Assembly (NCBI GenBank): GCA_022560555.1
Contig: JADFSZ010000061.1
Location: forward strand, 1-9,045
Origin: PVC group bacterium
GTDB taxonomy: Bacteria; GCA-001730085; JADFSZ01
Direction of reading: 5' to 3'
Length of the DNA stretch: 9,045 bases
The notes under the pieces are model-generated. The model worked only from the letters and a program-made list of their open reading frames with translations, searched no databases and had not been told where the DNA came from. Positions 6,628 to 9,045 of the stretch are shown here, in pieces. Position 1 is the stretch's first letter. The number at the start of each line of letters is the position of its first letter. Position numbers and translations under genes: made by a program.

Positions 6628-8799
6628 TTATATCTTCCCCAACGCTTCTAACACGATTCCGGGGGTAATAATTTCCGGCAAAACAATGGGCTCCCTATCT
6701 GCAGGCCCCGGAAAAAGAACATAAAAGGGAACTCCCGATCGTCCGAATCGAGCGAGAAAGCGGGTAATCACGGGATCCCGTTTCGTCCAGTCAGCTTTGA
6801 GCGGGATTACCCCTTTGTTAACAAAGGCTCGGATAACTTCAGGATGATGAAACGTTGTTCGCTCATTAACCTGACATGTGAGACACCAGGCCGCCGTAAC
6901 ATCGATAAAAACCGGTTCCCCCTGGTCCTTGAGCTCCTCGAGTTTTTCCAGAGAAAATTCCTGCCATCCAATTTCATCTGACGAAGATAATGTCTGATTT
7001 TGTGCGGACTCTTTAAAATTGTCCGACAAAGCGACCCCCGAAAATCCAATATATAAGGCATACCCCAAGATAATAATCACCGTTAGGATTTTTGATAAGG
7101 CTTTGATTTTTTCGCTTTTGCCGCCAGACATGTTTTTTCCATAAATCCACATGGAAAATCCGAGAAGAAAGATCATCATCAAAATTTTTATGACCGTTGG
7201 TAAGTCCGTTTGCAATCCCAGCACCCACACAAGCCAAATAACAGTCGCCATAAGAAGAAAACCCATAAACTGTTTCAACGTAACCATCCATGGCCCCGGT
7301 TTCGGTAAACGTTGTATCCATTTTGGATTAAGGGACAATATCAAGTAAGGCGCGGACAATCCAAGGCCCAGTCCGGTAAAAACGCAAAATGCGACATACG
7401 CCGGCTGCGAGAGGGCAAACCCGAGGGCGGAACCCATAAAGGGCGCCGTGCAAGGGGTTGCGACAACCGTCGTGAGAACCCCGCTCATAAAAGATCCCAT
7501 GAGTCCGGTTTTTTGTTGGATCTCTGAGGCCTTTCCAACCCAGGATAGCCCGATTTCAAAAACACCAAAAAGATTTAATCCGAACAAAAAGAAGACGGCT
7601 ATCAGGCCGCATAAAAAATAGGGTGATTGAAGCTGAAAGCCCCACCCTAATTCCTCTCCTCCGGCACGCAACACTATAAGCAAGCCGGCGAGAATCCAGA
7701 AAGAGACCAGAATCCCCCCCGCGAAAAACCATCCATGGATCATCACACGTTTGGGATCTTCATGCGCTTGTTTAACGAAGCTAAGAATTTTAATCGACAA
7801 CACGGGAAAGACACACGGCATGAGGTTGAGAATCAATCCTCCCACAAAAGCAAAAAGAATAGCCATCCCAAGCGAAAGTTCAGATTTTTGGAAATCCTCT
7901 TGCGGGATTGAGGGCATGGCTCTCTCGTGAATCTTTATATCAAATTGCATGGCTTTTTCTGATCCACTCCCACGCCATCCGCTTTCTGATACCAAAATTC
8001 CTTGAATTTTAGAACCCATTTCTTTTCTTGTTTTTGATCGCGCTATTTTTAAGATGTATTTCTGGTCTTTTTGGATCACTTCTTGCTCGGCAGAATGAAC
8101 AATGAGCTCTTTGTCATAGGGGAAAAATCGAATGCTTTTTTTCTTATCAAACGAGATGGTGTCTTTAGGAAATACTTCCAAATAGATGCTTTCTTCTTCA
8201 TAAAAAGCTTGCACGGACCATTGGGAGTATTCCACCAAGATCGGGATTTCTGTTTTGGCCTGAGTGATGATTTCTAACCAGCGGGGATCAACACGCGCTC
8301 CGGTTTTATCCACATCCAATGTCAATTCGACCAGGGCCGCGCCCGGTAAACATATTTCCCGGCACACAAGCCAATCCGCCTGAACACGGAATGTGACAGT
8401 ATCTGAGGGGATATCTTTCGGAGGCGTTATTTGAACAAGTAGATATGTTTCCTTTTCGTATCCATAGCTCACGAGCGGAGGGACCTCGATTCGCTCCGGA
8501 AAGGGCCAGAGTATGGGCCCCGCATCAAATCCATCGGGCAGATCCCAATCCAGTACTGTCCCCAAACCCGCGTCGCCGGGATTGCGCCAATAGGTATGCC
8601 ACCCGGGCTCCATCTTCATACGCAAAGCGACCAAAAACGGGACGCCGGGAGCTATAGCTTCGAGATCAGAGACAAGTTCCGTCTCAACATGATCAGTAAA
8701 AACGGAGGCTGTTTCGGCCGATCCCGCAAAAAAGAGGATGGCGAGTACGTTTACGCACAAGGAAAGACAAAAAATTTGGCGAATTTTTGCAAACATCAT
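6628..8799 (-). CDS. Thiol:disulfide interchange / protein-disulfide reductase, DsbD family with ScsB-like extended N-terminal domain
   Basis: 723-aa ORF. A signal peptide (...FFAGSA/ETA) precedes a DsbD-N/ScsB-type domain (GWHTYWRNPGDAGLG, Cys146-x3-Cys150 in VCREIC). The CcdA-type TM core has Cys329 (NLMPCVFPVLSIK) and Cys450 (ATPCTAPFMG). The C-terminal thioredoxin fold carries the WCLTCQ CxxC (Cys639/642). Confidence 0.9.
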   Translation of the reverse strand: MMFAKIRQIFCLSLCVNVLAILFFAGSAETASVFTDHVETELVSDLEAIAPGVPFLVALRMKMEPGWHTYWRNPGDAGLGTVLDWDLPDGFDAGPILWPFPERIEVPPLVSYGYEKETYLLVQITPPKDIPSDTVTFRVQADWLVCREICLPGAALVELTLDVDKTGARVDPRWLEIITQAKTEIPILVEYSQWSVQAFYEEESIYLEVFPKDTISFDKKKSIRFFPYDKELIVHSAEQEVIQKDQKYILKIARSKTRKEMGSKIQGILVSESGWRGSGSEKAMQFDIKIHERAMPSIPQEDFQKSELSLGMAILFAFVGGLILNLMPCVFPVLSIKILSFVKQAHEDPKRVMIHGWFFAGGILVSFWILAGLLIVLRAGGEELGWGFQLQSPYFLCGLIAVFFLFGLNLFGVFEIGLSWVGKASEIQQKTGLMGSFMSGVLTTVVATPCTAPFMGSALGFALSQPAYVAFCVFTGLGLGLSAPYLILSLNPKWIQRLPKPGPWMVTLKQFMGFLLMATVIWLVWVLGLQTDLPTVIKILMMIFLLGFSMWIYGKNMSGGKSEKIKALSKILTVIIILGYALYIGFSGVALSDNFKESAQNQTLSSSDEIGWQEFSLEKLEELKDQGEPVFIDVTAAWCLTCQVNERTTFHHPEVIRAFVNKGVIPLKADWTKRDPVITRFLARFGRSGVPFYVLFPGPADREPIVLPEIITPGIVLEALGKI

Positions 8800-8804
8800 C
8801 GCCT

Positions 8805-8833
8805 ATTATACAGGCTTTGCAAGTCACTCACAA
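8805..8833 (-). promoter_or_regulatory. Putative promoter of the dsbD-like gene: TTGTGA (8833-8828), 17-nt spacer, TATAAT (8810-8805), then 5 nt to the ATG
   Basis: Hexamers read on the minus strand. The consensus -10 is followed by AGGCG and then ATGATG, with no SD, which gives leaderless geometry. Confidence 0.45.
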
Positions 8834-8865
8834 GAATGAATCCACATGTCTTACCAGGGTCTGCC

Positions 8866-8894
8866 TTGTTTTCCCCGCACATTTGGCTTACAAT
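8866..8894 (+). promoter_or_regulatory. Putative promoter of the EVE-domain gene: TTGTTT (8866-8871), 17-nt spacer, TACAAT (8889-8894), then 6 nt to the ATG
   Basis: Hexamers read directly. The A of ATG 8901 is the 7th nt after the -10 box, the expected +1 position. There is no SD. Confidence 0.45.
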
Positions 8895-8900
8895 GAAAAC

Positions 8901-9045
8901 ATGTCTCGAAAAATTCGCTACTGGCTCATGAAAAGCGAACCGGATGTTTATTCACTTGATGATTTGAAGCGCGATAAAAAAACATTCTGGGACGGTGTGA
9001 GAAATTTTCAGGCCCGTAATTTTATGCGGGGAGATATGCGTATCG
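8901..9045 (+). CDS. EVE (PUA-like, DUF55/Thyn1-type) domain protein, 5' partial, running off the window edge
   Basis: Not in the ORF track because it is open-ended. My translation from ATG 8901 is MSRKIRYWLMKSEPDVYSLDDLKRDKKTFWDGVRNFQARNFMRGDMRI. The YWLMKSEPD...WDGVRNxQARNFMR signature is characteristic of EVE-domain proteins. The frame stays open to position 9045. Confidence 0.75.
   Translation, partial: MSRKIRYWLMKSEPDVYSLDDLKRDKKTFWDGVRNFQARNFMRGDMRI

Noticed and set aside
457-8657. Track ORFs nested in or antisense to the strong CDSs: 457-723, 785-982, 1043-1231, 2039-2239, 2556-2747, 2593-2793, 3037-3330, 5363-5566, 6807-7061, 7013-7321, 7151-7348, 7312-7527, 8071-8277, 8445-8657.
   Set aside because: Each lies entirely inside a CDS with clear family motifs. 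Their translations are low-complexity or R/S/C-rich, which is typical of off-frame reading, and none shows a recognisable domain.
8596-8931. A 111-aa plus-strand ORF spanning the 5' end of the dsbD-like gene, the divergent promoter region and the EVE start.
   Set aside because: It is antisense to a signal-peptide-coding region, crosses two predicted promoters and ends out of frame within the EVE gene. It has no motif and no SD, so it is most likely spurious.
1-9045. A scan for tRNA/rRNA genes, CRISPR repeat-spacer periodicity, IS or transposon terminal inverted repeats, integrase or transposase ORFs, and long direct repeats.
   Set aside because: None was found by eye. Coding density is very high, and the only non-coding stretches (1-228, 5673-5870, 8800-8900) are too short or lack the required structure. 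A computational repeat or covariance-model scan would be needed to exclude small elements definitively.

Overview
This window reads as core chromosome of an LPS-making diderm bacterium, fairly AT-rich by eye. I cannot assign a taxon without a database search. Nine CDSs fill almost all of it. On the + strand are lpxD (229-1326) and the 5' end of an EVE-domain gene (8901 to the window edge). The - strand carries a ScsB/DsbD-type disulfide reductase, a canonical zinc-ribbon sirtuin, a 198-nt gap, and then five genes whose ends overlap at every junction: ptsN, lpxK, a membrane-anchored single-HKD phospholipase-D-fold protein, a full-length CNNM/TlyC (DUF21-CBS-CorC_HlyC) protein, and a shorter paralog lacking the CorC_HlyC domain. 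I found no tRNA/rRNA, CRISPR array, transposase, integrase or long repeat. The most interesting locus is the PLD-fold gene, which is translationally coupled upstream to lipid A kinase and downstream to two TlyC-family genes. Its substrate is unknown, and the pairing recalls the unlinked pld and tlyC membranolysis genes of Rickettsia. A second pattern concerns translation signals. Genes that begin a transcription unit (lpxD, the dsbD-like gene, the EVE gene, possibly the sirtuin) lack Shine-Dalgarno sequences and have near-consensus -10 boxes 4-10 nt from the ATG, which suggests leaderless mRNAs. Operon-internal genes and ptsN have purine-rich GGAGG-related (GGAGG/GAAGG/AAGAGG) sites. PLD, SIR2 and EVE are all defense-associated folds, but the context here looks housekeeping. 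All calls rest on motif recognition by eye. No searches or statistics were run.
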